A stretch of 32,000 nt of DNA from Zymomonas mobilis subsp. mobilis ATCC 10988 (GCF_000175255.2 NC_017262.1:840001-872000); one strand, 5' to 3'; shown: positions 1 to 10,419, numbered from the stretch's first letter. The notes: generated by a model from the sequence alone, not told the origin. Program-made: numbers and translations.

Positions 1-506
1 TGAAACTGGATACCATAGGTAGGATGACTTTTATGCGATAAAGCCATGATCTCGCCTTCCGGTGACAGCGCATCAACCGTCAAATGCTGTTCCATCTCTT
101 CGGTTTTCTGGATAATCAGCGAATTATAGCGTGCCGCCTTAAAAGGATTAGGAATATCTTTAAATAGTCTTTTCCCGACATGGCTGATTTCCACGGCACG
201 CCCATGAAGCGGATAGCTGGCACGAGCAATAACACCACCAAAAGCAACACCAATGGCTTGATGTCCAAGGCAGACCCCTAAAATAGGTATCTTGCCAGAA
301 AATTGCCGTAAAACATCCAAAGAGATACCGGCTTCTTCCGGTGAGCAAGGCCCCGGAGAAAGGATAATCGCTTTGGGCGACATCACCTCGATCTCTTCAA
401 GGGTGATTTTATCATGGCGAAACAAGCTGACTTTACGGCCAAGCCTTTCGCAATAGCGCGCCAGATTAACGACAAAAGAGTCGTAATTATCAATCATCAA
501 AAGCAT
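1..506 (-). CDS. pabA: Glutamine amidotransferase, component II of anthranilate/aminodeoxychorismate synthase (PabA/TrpG-like), partial at window edge
   Basis: Minus-strand translation from the ATG at 506 reads MLLMIDNYDSFVFNLARYCERLGRKV..., with GPGPCSPEEAG-type and LGVCLGHQAIG class-I GATase motifs. The frame is open to the window edge and lies just after the pabB-like gene. Confidence 0.85.
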   Translation of the reverse strand, partial: MLLMIDNYDSFVVNLARYCERLGRKVSLFRHDKITLEEIEVMSPKAIILSPGPCSPEEAGISLDVLRQFSGKIPILGVCLGHQAIGVAFGGVIARASYPLHGRAVEISHVGKRLFKDIPNPFKAARYNSLIIQKTEEMEQHLTVDALSPEGEIMALSHKSHPTYGIQF

Positions 507-522
507 CAGACATTCCTCACCA

Positions 523-1986
523 TCAAGCCATTTCAGAAACCGATGTGCCAAAACTTTCAAAGATTTTTGCTGCCTTGGTCAGGGTCTCGACATATTCCGC
601 TTCGGGATCGGAAAGCAGGGTAATCCCGCCGCCGACCTGAAAAACCGCTTTGTTTTCACTCAGGGTGACGGTTCTAATCGCAATGTTGAAATCGAGATTA
701 CCGCCAAAATCAATATACCCAATCGACCCGCAATAAACGCCGCGTGCCAATTGTTCGATTTCTGCAATAATTTCCATCGCCCGAATTTTGGGCGCACCTG
801 TAATCGACCCACCGGGGAAGCAGGCTTTCAAAAGATCAACGGAAGAATTTTCAGGCCGTAATTTTCCGGTAACCACGGACACCAAATGATGCACACCAGC
901 ATAGCTTTCTAGGCGGCATAAATCGGTTACTTCGACAGAATCCGCTGTTGACACATGTGACAAATCATTCCGCAACAGATCGACAATCATGATATTTTCA
1001 GCGCGGTCTTTTTCGGAATGAAGCAATTCTTCAGCGGCGGCTCTATCTTTCTCAAGATCCGGTGACCGGCGGGCAGTCCCCTTAATCGGACGCGTCTCAA
1101 TCTGATTATCCTGCAACAGAACAAAACGTTCCGGCGAAGCCGATGCAATAACCTGATCGCCAAAAGCAAGATACGCCCCAAAGGTTGCAGGATTGATGCG
1201 ACGTAACTGGCGATAAAAAGGCCAAGGCTGAAAATCATCCGGCAATTCAGCTGAAAAACTCTGGGCGATATTCGCCTGATAAATATCGCCTTTTCGAATA
1301 TATTCCCGAACTGTTTCGATCGCCTGACAATAATGTTCTTTCGTAAAATTCGATTGCCAATTTAATGAAAGCCTGTTGGGCTTTTCATCCAAAGATGCCT
1401 GTTTAGAAGGCATCGAAAGCCAGTCAGAAAATTGTGCCAAACGGGCTTTTGCTCGGCTTTCTTTTTTGTCAGGTTGGGTTTCAGGATAACCGGAAGAGCA
1501 AAGGTAACTTTCCCCCGTCATATGGTCAAAAGCCAGAACCACATCGTAAAAACAAAAATTGATATCGGCGGCTTTGTCTTCTGTTTCAGGATAGCCATTG
1601 ATGACTTCAAGGCAGCGGCCATAATCATAACCGACATAACCAATACATCCGCCTTGAAAAGGAAAGCGCCGTTCAATTTTTTCATCAAAAGCGAATTGCG
1701 CCAAATGCCGTTGCAAAATTTCTAAAGGATCACCTTTTTCGGGAACTGAATTCCAATAGGCTTGGTCACCACAAACCGTCAGTCTCGCAAAAGGATCAAC
1801 TGCGATATAAGAATATCGCCCCAATTTATCCTGATGCATCGCACTATCAAGAAAAGCAAAATACGGTCGGGAAGAAAGGATATTCGCGGCGACCAACGGG
1901 TCTTTAAGATCAATTTTTTGTAGCCACATTGCTTTACCGATCTGAAATTTATCAGGATTGCTGATAGTCGGGCGGAAGACTTCCAT
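523..1986 (-). CDS. pabB: Aminodeoxychorismate synthase component I (PabB-like chorismate-binding enzyme)
   Basis: 487 aa ORF with chorismate-binding motifs (ASPERF, IETRPIKGTARRS, DLLRNDLSHV, GSITGAPKIRAMEII, GYIDFGGNLDFNIAIRT). The PIKGT motif favours PabB over TrpE, which has PIAGT. Confidence 0.85.
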   Translation of the reverse strand: MEVFRPTISNPDKFQIGKAMWLQKIDLKDPLVAANILSSRPYFAFLDSAMHQDKLGRYSYIAVDPFARLTVCGDQAYWNSVPEKGDPLEILQRHLAQFAFDEKIERRFPFQGGCIGYVGYDYGRCLEVINGYPETEDKAADINFCFYDVVLAFDHMTGESYLCSSGYPETQPDKKESRAKARLAQFSDWLSMPSKQASLDEKPNRLSLNWQSNFTKEHYCQAIETVREYIRKGDIYQANIAQSFSAELPDDFQPWPFYRQLRRINPATFGAYLAFGDQVIASASPERFVLLQDNQIETRPIKGTARRSPDLEKDRAAAEELLHSEKDRAENIMIVDLLRNDLSHVSTADSVEVTDLCRLESYAGVHHLVSVVTGKLRPENSSVDLLKACFPGGSITGAPKIRAMEIIAEIEQLARGVYCGSIGYIDFGGNLDFNIAIRTVTLSENKAVFQVGGGITLLSDPEAEYVETLTKAAKIFESFGTSVSEMA

Positions 1987-2626
1987 CCGGCAACGAAGAA
2001 TAGCCTGATTATATTATCCCTTATGCGGCAATACGCTACCTAAAATCCTGACAAGAATGAAGAAAAGAAGCGGCTTTGGATATAATTTCCGATAATCAGA
2101 ACAAAGACTTAAATTTGAAAACAATAATATCAAAAAAGAGATAGTAACAATATTTCAAAATGAGGTAAATTGACCATCAAACACAGGCGATCGCTTGCCA
2201 GAATACTCTTGTCGCAGAATATCAGGCAGTATTTTCAAAGAAAGTTTTCTTGTCGCTATTCATCTCACAAAAAAACGACCCTGCGCATGATCAGGTTAAA
2301 GATTATAAAGAAAAGCAATATCTTTTGGAAATCATAGTAAAAACACAAATATGAAACGAAGATAGTCTATAAAAATAAAAATCTATTCAAAAAGTAACAT
2401 TTTTGCCTTGGAAACAAATATTGTATTATAAATAATGTCATTAACAACTCATAAATTTTAATAAAAACGTATATTTGCTACAATAAAATAGAAAAATAAA
2501 ATAAATAAAAATTTAACAACAAAATAATAATAAAAAAATAAACATAAATTACAAAACATAACATTAAAAATATTTAATGTAATACTCCAATAAAAAACGT
2601 TATATTATTCATCAATAAAGAGGCGT

Positions 2627-2908
2627 TTGGAAATGTTAACTATAAAAAACATACCTATCACCAAAATAATCCCTATTTTGGTAGCGCTCGTTCCTTTGAT
2701 TATAAAATCATCACCGACTTTCTGGTCAGCTCAATTTCTAATACAAATCGCTCTTATTTGGCTACAACTCGGCATTATACTTAACTTCAATCCGCGCATG
2801 AAAGACTCCCTTTTCAGAAATCGCCCTTTGTTGAGCTTCTTTGTCAGCGCCACCGTCATAACTACCTTCATGCAGTCACTTAGGTATATGATATTGAAAT
2901 TCCTCTAA
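2627..2908 (+). CDS. Small hydrophobic hypothetical protein (putative membrane protein)
   Basis: 93 aa ORF with two hydrophobic stretches and an AAAGAGG ribosome-binding-like sequence about 9 nt upstream. It lies in AT-rich DNA, where chance ORFs are less expected. Confidence 0.4.
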   Translation: MEMLTIKNIPITKIIPILVALVPLIIKSSPTFWSAQFLIQIALIWLQLGIILNFNPRMKDSLFRNRPLLSFFVSATVITTFMQSLRYMILKFL

Positions 2909-3331
2909 TATAAGAGTAATAATCCATAATTCCTAATATATTTAGATCTAAAAAATAGAAATAAATTATTATAGAAACGAATAATTATAAAAATAATTGT
3001 ACCGAATATGCCATCTGTAATAATTTTTGTTTATACGATGAATGCTATTTTCATATTTTATAAATAAATTTCTTATTATAAATTTTTTCCAGCTACCATT
3101 ACTATATTTTCTATATTATTCGTCTTGAGGCCTAGACTAAATTTCAAACATCCAGTCTTAGATTTTACGATAGCTTTTCCGTCCTGATGAGGATCACCGC
3201 TCTAGGACGCTTTATCGGCCAGTAACAGGCAAGGCCTTGTCCTTCTCTCTATTAAGCGAAAAGGTGGTGTCAGACTCTAAAAATTTTTAAAATGCGCAGA
3301 CCCAGCACAGAAAGCGGGTCAGGGTAAAACG

Positions 3332-3691
3332 TTATTTTCTGGGATCGCCCATATAAGGTTGATCACTTTCATCGCCATTATCGGAATCGGTGCGACTCAA
3401 AACTTCACCACTCTGACCATCAACATCGACCCAAATAACCGTATTATTGCGGATAAATTTCAGACGATAAATGGTATTATCATGCAATTCGGGGCCCAGA
3501 TAGCGGCACCCACCCATACGAGGCAGGATCTTCTCTTCAATTTGATGCAAAGACAATATCTGGCCGTTACGGATAGCTGCCAGTGCGACATCCCGATCTC
3601 TTCTTTGCTGCGCTGTAGCCGGAGATAAAATCACACCACCGGAAAGAACAGCCCACAGGCAAAAAACTGCGGCAGATTTCATTTTAAGCAT
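3332..3691 (-). CDS. Secreted/periplasmic small protein with PepSY-like domain
   Basis: Signal peptide (MKMKSAAVFCLWAVLSGGVILSPATAQ) followed by LHQIEEKILPRMGG...YRLKFIRNNTVIWVDVDGQSGEVLSR, which resembles the PepSY pattern. Confidence 0.7.
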   Translation of the reverse strand: MLKMKSAAVFCLWAVLSGGVILSPATAQQRRDRDVALAAIRNGQILSLHQIEEKILPRMGGCRYLGPELHDNTIYRLKFIRNNTVIWVDVDGQSGEVLSRTDSDNGDESDQPYMGDPRK

Positions 3692-3877
3692 TCTTCTTCA
3701 ATAAAGGAGCGGTTTTGAATAAGGAATGAATAATTGCCCGATCAATTCCCCCTATCGAATAGCGGTAAATGTTTAACACTTTCTATCTATCTTTAAATAA
3801 GACAAAGAAAATATCCGTTAAAACAAGCCTTCATCAAAGGATGACGGCAAGCTTTTTTCCCTTTATAGAAACAGGCT

Positions 3878-5674
3878 ATGGCTCCACCTTTACTCTCTTT
3901 TGAAAATCTCGGTGTTAATCAAGGCACCGGATATCTTTTCCGTCATCTTGATATCAATATCCAGCCCCGCGACCGTCTGGCACTGATCGGTCGGAACGGA
4001 GCCGGTAAATCAACCCTGTTGAGATTACTCGCAGGGACAATCGAACCGGATGAAGGGCGACGCAGCATCCAGCCAGGACTGAAACTAGTCTTACTGGAAC
4101 AGGCACCTTCTTTTGAAGGTTTCGAGACTTTGGCCGACTATGCTCTATCAGGCGATAACGCCCCTCCCCGCTATCAGGTTGAAGCTATCGCCGATCAATT
4201 AGGCGTTGATCTTTCTCGCAATGCCCAATCTGCCTCCGGCGGGGAACAAAGACGGGCAGCTATTGCTCGCGCATTGGCAATGGAACCCGATCTTTTGTTA
4301 ATGGATGAACCGACCAACCATCTGGATTTGGCCGCAATCGAATTTTTGGAAGGCTGGCTCAACCGTTTCAAAGGTGCCTTTGTCGTTATCAGCCATGACC
4401 GAGCCTTTTTAACCCGCCTTACCCGCCAATGTCTCTGGCTTGATCGCGGCGATATCCGGCGGGCAGAAATCGGCTTCGGCGGTTTTGACGCATGGATGGA
4501 AAAAATTCAGGCCGAAGAATTGCGTGCCGCTGAAAAGCTGGATGCCAAACTCAAGATAGAAGAACATTGGCTCTTACGCGGTGTCACGGCACGGCGCAAA
4601 CGCAACCAAGGACGATTGACCAAGCTCTTTGAAATGCGGGCAGAGCGCAAAAATATGACCGGCATGGAAGGCACGGCCAAATTAGCGCTCGATACTAATG
4701 ATGTCCGAACGAAGGTTGTCATTGATGCCAAAAATATCAGCAAGCGCTTCGGTGATCGTGAAGTCATCAAAGATTTCTCGCTGCGAATCCGTCGCGGCGA
4801 CCGTATCGGCATTGTCGGTGCCAACGGAGCAGGCAAAACAACACTGTTAAAAATCCTGATGGGTGACCTCGACCCCGATCAAGGTATCGTCAAACGTGCT
4901 GATACATTAGAAGCCGTTGTTATCGACCAGCAACGAGCGTCTATCTCTCCCGAAAAAACATTGCGAGATGTTATCGCGCATGGCGGAGAATGGATCGAAA
5001 TAGGCGATCAAAAAAAACATGTCGTCGGTTATCTGAAAGATTTTCTTTTTGATCCATCTATCTTGGATGCCAAGGTATCTACCCTTTCCGGTGGTGAGAA
5101 ATCACGCCTGTTGATGGCACGTGAATTTGCACGACGCTCCAACTTGCTTATTCTCGATGAACCGACCAACGATCTCGATCTTGAAACGATTGACTTACTG
5201 CAAGAAGTCATCAGCAATTACAGCGGCACCGTGCTTCTGGTCAGCCATGATCGTGACTTTCTCGATAATGTCGCCACGATGACTCTCGGGATGGACGGCT
5301 CTGGGGTAATTGATATCGTTGCCGGTGGTTATAGCGACTGGCAAAAGCAACGCGCCGAACGGCTTGCCGCAACCAGAAAACCGGCGAACACAGCTGAGGA
5401 AAAAACAGCCTCCAGCAAAACGATACCGCAACCCAAATCTGGCAAGGTCAAATTAAGCTATAAAGACCAGAGAGCCTATGACCTGCTTCCCCAAGAAATC
5501 GAAAAAATGGAAGCGACCATCCAAAAGCATGAAAGCGATCTAGCTGATCCGACTTTATACAGCCGCGATCCGGCTAAATTTTCGGAATTAAGCGACAAAA
5601 TCGCCGCTTTAAAAGCTGAAAAAGAAGAAGCCGAGATGCACTGGCTCGAGTTAGCCGAACAACTGGAAGGCTAA
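3878..5674 (+). CDS. uup: ABC-F family ATPase, Uup-like, with C-terminal coiled-coil domain
   Basis: 598 aa with two ABC domains (GRNGAGKSTLLR, GANGAGKTTLLK; SGGEQRR, SGGEKSR; LLMDEPTNHLD, LILDEPTNDLD), no transmembrane segments and a charged C-terminal domain. Confidence 0.9.
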   Translation: MAPPLLSFENLGVNQGTGYLFRHLDINIQPRDRLALIGRNGAGKSTLLRLLAGTIEPDEGRRSIQPGLKLVLLEQAPSFEGFETLADYALSGDNAPPRYQVEAIADQLGVDLSRNAQSASGGEQRRAAIARALAMEPDLLLMDEPTNHLDLAAIEFLEGWLNRFKGAFVVISHDRAFLTRLTRQCLWLDRGDIRRAEIGFGGFDAWMEKIQAEELRAAEKLDAKLKIEEHWLLRGVTARRKRNQGRLTKLFEMRAERKNMTGMEGTAKLALDTNDVRTKVVIDAKNISKRFGDREVIKDFSLRIRRGDRIGIVGANGAGKTTLLKILMGDLDPDQGIVKRADTLEAVVIDQQRASISPEKTLRDVIAHGGEWIEIGDQKKHVVGYLKDFLFDPSILDAKVSTLSGGEKSRLLMAREFARRSNLLILDEPTNDLDLETIDLLQEVISNYSGTVLLVSHDRDFLDNVATMTLGMDGSGVIDIVAGGYSDWQKQRAERLAATRKPANTAEEKTASSKTIPQPKSGKVKLSYKDQRAYDLLPQEIEKMEATIQKHESDLADPTLYSRDPAKFSELSDKIAALKAEKEEAEMHWLELAEQLEG

Positions 5675-5820
5675 TATCTCAATTGCTATCGGGATGACTC
5701 CACCCCTAATATTTAGATATTATTGGATAGGTCAGCCCGATAGATAATCCATTTCAATATTTCTGACTTTAAAACTTAATTTAAATAATCAATGATCTCT
5801 TTTTTATCTACAATGAATAT

Positions 5821-6810
5821 TTAACGATCATTCATTTTTCTTATAGATGGATAAGCAAGATAATTTAACCTTCGAGTTTCAAATCTCGCTACGGCAATAT
5901 TATCTATAATCTGGCCACAACAAAATGATAAAGCTGCCAGCGTTATAAAGCCGGTCGCCAGTACAGCCGTAGGCAGACGTAAGACACAGCCTGTTCTCAA
6001 GAATTCCATAATAACAGGGATCCCAAGAAAAATTCCTGAAAGACAAAAAAAAGTTCCGAGAATACCGAAAAAAAACAAAGGCCTTTCTTTGCGTAGAAGT
6101 GTAAAAATAACATTAAGTATCCGTAATCCATCTCGGTATGTATTAAGTTTTGATAATGACCCTTCTGGTCTCTCAACATACGCAGTTTCTATATCACCTA
6201 TAGGCATTAAAAGCGTTAGGGCATGAACTGTAAACTCGGTTTCAATTTCAAAACCTGATGATAAGGCTGGAAAAGATTTCACAAATCTTCTAGAAAATAC
6301 ACGATATCCAGAAAATATATCTTTAGACCCTCGTCCAAACATATAGCGGACAAGGGACGTGAATATCTTGTTTCCTAAGACATGGCCGCTCCGGTAGGCG
6401 TCCTGCCTGTCAGTCACTCGCAGCCCAGTCACCATATCGAGATTTTGTTCTATAGCTATATTCAACATCTGAGGAGAGGCAGATGCATCGTAAGTTGCAT
6501 CTCCATCTACAAGTACATAAAGATCTGCCTCAATATCCGCAAACATGCGACGGATAACACATCCTTTTCCTTGACTCGATTCATTATAGACCTCAGCTCC
6601 AGCCTCATATGCCAATTCTGCAGTTCTGTCGGTTGAATTATTGTCATAAACATAGATAGTCGCTTCAGGCAGATGATCGAGAAAGTCACAAATCACCTTT
6701 TTAATCGTGACTTCCTCATTGTAGCAGGGAATCAACACAGCTACGCGTAAGCCATAGAATGCTCGAGGTATGCAAAACGACATATCATTTTTACTAAGTA
6801 TCTCGTTCAT
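5821..6810 (-). CDS. Family 2 glycosyltransferase with C-terminal membrane helices (GtrB/DPMS-like)
   Basis: VAVLIPCYNEEVTIKKVI, DNNSTDRTAELA, LVDGDATYD, SGYRVFSRRF motifs, then two C-terminal hydrophobic helices. Confidence 0.85.
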   Translation of the reverse strand: MNEILSKNDMSFCIPRAFYGLRVAVLIPCYNEEVTIKKVICDFLDHLPEATIYVYDNNSTDRTAELAYEAGAEVYNESSQGKGCVIRRMFADIEADLYVLVDGDATYDASASPQMLNIAIEQNLDMVTGLRVTDRQDAYRSGHVLGNKIFTSLVRYMFGRGSKDIFSGYRVFSRRFVKSFPALSSGFEIETEFTVHALTLLMPIGDIETAYVERPEGSLSKLNTYRDGLRILNVIFTLLRKERPLFFFGILGTFFCLSGIFLGIPVIMEFLRTGCVLRLPTAVLATGFITLAALSFCCGQIIDNIAVARFETRRLNYLAYPSIRKMNDR

Positions 6811-8246
6811 ATAATGTGCCGAAACCTTGATAAGTAATAATTAGGGATTCCATCTGTTATTAACTCTAAGGCAGGCCCATGCTGACTAAGATTGTAGATG
6901 ATAAGAATAGCATTCGAAAAAATGATACCGATAACAACAAGTGTTATGCATAGTGTTTTAAGCCACTTTTTATTAAACTCACCTACAGACACACAGGAGA
7001 TGCCCATAAATCCTAGGAACATAATGAGAGGATAAAATTCTGCCCGATATCGATAATTCATACTAATAGCCATCAACATAAGAACTGCAGGAACAGCCAG
7101 CCCTAAGATAATCGAGCAAGAAAATATTCTTATATCCGTAGATCGACATTTGGCAGAACGATTTAATAAAGAATAAATAAAAATAGCCCCAAAGAGAAGA
7201 AATACACCATCTGTAAGAAAAAAACTACTTGGAGGTAATTCAACTGCATCAAGAAGATGTGTAAATAGATTTTGAAAAATCAAGTGATTTCCGTTGCGCA
7301 CTGCCCATAATGGAAAAAAGAAATAGATCAGGCCGAAAGGGATTCGCTGGATATTAAATAGCCCATAACGCGCAGTTCTTGCTATTCGATCGGGATACTC
7401 TGCATTATATAAATAAAGGTTATAATTAGCGAAAGTAAAAGGATTACCCCATCTTTCAAAATTAATACCAGCCGTAAGCAAAATTCCAACAATTAGAATA
7501 GCAGCTGCGATAACATACTGGTATTTTTGCTGGTGGACTGTCTCTTTAGAAGATTTTGAAATATTATTAAGATGGCGCCAAAGAACAACAATTCCTAAGA
7601 GGCACTCAGCTCCATAGGTTCCAATTCCCATAGACACACGTGTCAAAAGGGCTCCTACAGATGCTACTGACATCCAAATAAGAGCCTTCGGAATCTGTTT
7701 TGCATCCAAACATGCACGTAGTGACCAATGCACAAACATCATACCAAAGACCAATGCCCATAAACATACTTCTTGATAAAGAGAAGGACGAAGAAAGCAT
7801 ATCTGAACGCCGCTAAACGCTATTGCAAACAACAGACTTTTTCTTACCCATGAAGAAGCTGGGGTGGTATTGGCTGTAACATATTTAAGGCTTTTCAAAT
7901 TTATTAAAAACATAAATATAGCCGCAATGACACAGGAAAGACGCGTCACATCGATATGCAAACCATTCGGTAGAAAAATTACTGGAAGACGCAAAAGCGC
8001 AGGAAATATCCCCCAATACGCATAAACATGCCCATCCCGAAGAAAACCTTCCTTCCCAACGATGTCGGGATCGACATCGAATTTACCGTGAAGAAGGTGA
8101 TCAATCATACTATTGAATGTAAGCGTTAATCCACTGTCTTTTATTCGTATGGGAAGATGGCACCAAAAAAGCACATCTCCTGCATATATTAATATACAAC
8201 ATACAATGAATATAAAACTTATTTTATATAATCTTTTGTTTTCCAT
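6807..8246 (-). CDS. Polytopic membrane protein, putative glycosyltransferase/polysaccharide-modifying protein
   Basis: 479 aa with many hydrophobic segments. It overlaps the start of the GT2 gene by 4 bp, which implies co-transcription and translational coupling. Confidence 0.65.
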   Translation of the reverse strand: MENKRLYKISFIFIVCCILIYAGDVLFWCHLPIRIKDSGLTLTFNSMIDHLLHGKFDVDPDIVGKEGFLRDGHVYAYWGIFPALLRLPVIFLPNGLHIDVTRLSCVIAAIFMFLINLKSLKYVTANTTPASSWVRKSLLFAIAFSGVQICFLRPSLYQEVCLWALVFGMMFVHWSLRACLDAKQIPKALIWMSVASVGALLTRVSMGIGTYGAECLLGIVVLWRHLNNISKSSKETVHQQKYQYVIAAAILIVGILLTAGINFERWGNPFTFANYNLYLYNAEYPDRIARTARYGLFNIQRIPFGLIYFFFPLWAVRNGNHLIFQNLFTHLLDAVELPPSSFFLTDGVFLLFGAIFIYSLLNRSAKCRSTDIRIFSCSIILGLAVPAVLMLMAISMNYRYRAEFYPLIMFLGFMGISCVSVGEFNKKWLKTLCITLVVIGIIFSNAILIIYNLSQHGPALELITDGIPNYYLSRFRHII

Positions 8247-8583
8247 AGATACCCCACTGTTAATGAGCGGGATCTACAACATCACCTTATATTCAGACAA
8301 GCATACCATTACATATTTTATTTATATAATTTAATAAATTCATCTATATAAAATATAATACTTAAGAGTATTAAAAAATATTATAATTAAATGGCTTTTT
8401 TGCATTATTCAAAGTATATTTTCCAAATATATAATCGTGAGTATTCTTCCGCTGGCAGGACCTCTGCTATTAACTTTTCCAGTTATTATACCGATTAAAG
8501 AGTTACTGTTTTTCTTCAAAAATTAGCTTACGCCATCATCATTTCCCGCTATTCTTCCTTCCCCATATTTTCAGGAGATTATC

Positions 8584-8910
8584 ATGTTTACCGGCTGGAC
8601 AGGTCTAGCTATCGCGGTCTTTTTCGAAGTAGCCGCTACCACCGCCTTGCGACTGGCAAACGGCATCGATAAACCGCTATGGCTGATTACCGCCTGCATC
8701 GGCTATTTTATCTGTTTTACGATTATATCCTTCGTATTCAAAACGCTCCCCCTAGGTATCGTCTATGCCGTATGGGCGGGTGGCGGCTTGGCGATCATGA
8801 CTATCGTCAGCCAATGGATTTTCAACGAAACGCTTGATCTTCGACAGATAGGCTGTATCGCCTTGATTTTGATCGGTGTTATCGGCCTTAATCTGATTTC
8901 ACCTGCCTAG
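8584..8910 (+). CDS. Small multidrug resistance (SMR/EmrE-like) transporter
   Basis: 108 aa, four hydrophobic helices, conserved Glu in helix 1 (IAVFFEVAATTALRLANG), PLGIVYAVWAGGG motif, LDLRQIGCIALILIGVIGLNL. Confidence 0.88.
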   Translation: MFTGWTGLAIAVFFEVAATTALRLANGIDKPLWLITACIGYFICFTIISFVFKTLPLGIVYAVWAGGGLAIMTIVSQWIFNETLDLRQIGCIALILIGVIGLNLISPA

Positions 8911-8967
8911 CGGGATCATGTGCCAAGCCGCAATTTATGCTTTCTTGGCGGATAGCGGGAAAAAAAT

Positions 8968-9777
8968 ATGACCGGACAATTATGGACAGCACTCATTCTG
9001 GCAGGGCAACGCCCCGGCATTGACCCGCTCGCCGCTCAGTTTCAACAGGAATGGAAAGCGCTAACACCGATTGCTGGCGAAGCCATGCTGTCACGGGTAG
9101 CAAAAACATTGCTAGCCCTGTCGCCCGATAAAAATACAAAAACGCCTGCAATTAGTCAGATTGTTGTAATGGCACAGGAGCCCGAAGCCCTGTTAACAGG
9201 TGATTGTGCATGGATGGCCGAAGATGCGCGGATCACAACGGCTTTATCGGGAAGCGGCATTGCCAACAGCATTATCAGCCTGATCGACCAGAAAAAAATC
9301 ACCTATCCGCTTTTGGTAACGACAGCCGACCACCCTTTGCTGACAAAAGAGATGGTCACGGAATTTCTGTCCCAAGCACAGAATAGCGATTTAAGCGTTG
9401 GGGTTGTGTCTCGGAGCAATCTTCTCAAAAGCTATCCTGAAAATCGCCGGACATGGCTCTGTTTTTCGGATGATGCCTATAGCGGAGCCAATCTTTTCGC
9501 TATGGCCAATGACAAGGTAAAATCCGCCCTACAGCAATGGTCAGAAATAGAACAAAACCGTAAAAAAGCATGGCGGCTCATTCGCCATTTTGGCCTTTGC
9601 CTTGCGATCCGCGCCATCACGCGCAGTATCAGCTTTAAAAAAGCCCTCAATCAGGTTGGTAACAAGCTCGGTCTTACGATCAATCCAGTGGTTTTATCCG
9701 AACCGGAAGCTGGCATTGATGTTGATAAACTCTCGGATTATCAGCTTGCCGAAAAAATCCTAAAAAATCGACAATAA
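8968..9777 (+). CDS. MobA-like NTP transferase domain protein
   Basis: N-terminal WTALILAGQRPGIDPLA...EWKALTPIAGEAMLSRV and VTTADHPLLT motifs of molybdenum cofactor guanylyltransferase-like nucleotidyltransferases. Confidence 0.7.
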   Translation: MTGQLWTALILAGQRPGIDPLAAQFQQEWKALTPIAGEAMLSRVAKTLLALSPDKNTKTPAISQIVVMAQEPEALLTGDCAWMAEDARITTALSGSGIANSIISLIDQKKITYPLLVTTADHPLLTKEMVTEFLSQAQNSDLSVGVVSRSNLLKSYPENRRTWLCFSDDAYSGANLFAMANDKVKSALQQWSEIEQNRKKAWRLIRHFGLCLAIRAITRSISFKKALNQVGNKLGLTINPVVLSEPEAGIDVDKLSDYQLAEKILKNRQ

Positions 9778-9783
9778 CATAAA

Positions 9784-9817
9784 CAAAAAACAGCCCGCTA
9801 AAAAACGGGCTGTTTTT
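9784..9817. terminator. Bidirectional intrinsic terminator
   Basis: AAAAAACAGCCCG-CTAAAAAA-CGGGCTGTTTTT. Perfect stem with A-tract and T-tract on opposite sides, between the convergent 8968..9777 (+) and leuD (-). Confidence 0.9.
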
Positions 9818-9840
9818 CTAAAATGCGATCTTAAAGAATC

Positions 9841-10419
9841 CTAGACCCAAGGACGATCACTGGCCAACACGTCTTCATATTGGCTAATTTTGTCCTGATC
9901 TTTCAAAGTCAGACCGATTTCATCCAAACCTTCCAACAGGCAACGCTTGCGGAAAGGATCAATGTCGAAATGAAAGCGATCCTGAAAAGGGGTCGTGACC
10001 ACCTGATTTTCAAGATCAAGCGTAATGGGATCAGTCTTGGCGACTTCTAATAAACGCTCAACATCGGCTTCCGGCAAAACAACCGTCAACAAACCGTTTT
10101 TGAAGGCATTACCGGAAAAAATATCCGAAAAACGAGGCGCGATCACCGCCTCAATACCCATTTCCTTAATCGCCCAAGCCGCATGTTCTCGACTGGAACC
10201 GCAACCGAAATTGTCACCGGCAATCAAAATAGGCGCACCCTTATATTCGGGATTGTCAAAGACATTGCCTTCTTTCGCCCGAATAGTTTCAAAGGCACCT
10301 TTGGCCAAACCTTTACGGTCGGTCGTTTTCAGATAATGAGCCGGAATAATAATATCCGTATCAATATTACTTCCGCCCAACGGATAGGCACGACCTTCGA
10401 CTATTTTGACAGCTTTCAT
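9841..10419 (-). CDS. leuD: 3-isopropylmalate dehydratase small subunit
   Basis: 192 aa ORF with [40 protein letters not shown] and [14 protein letters not shown]. Confidence 0.96.

Noticed and set aside
3180-3210. CTGATGA at 3184 resembles a hammerhead ribozyme core.
   Set aside because: The required downstream GAAA core and matching stem II arrangement are absent, so the motif alone is not support.
4507-5431. Antisense ORFs 4507..4836, 5029..5217 and 5195..5431 opposite or overlapping the ABC-F gene.
   Set aside because: Low-complexity shadow ORFs, with no family motif, opposite a strongly supported gene.
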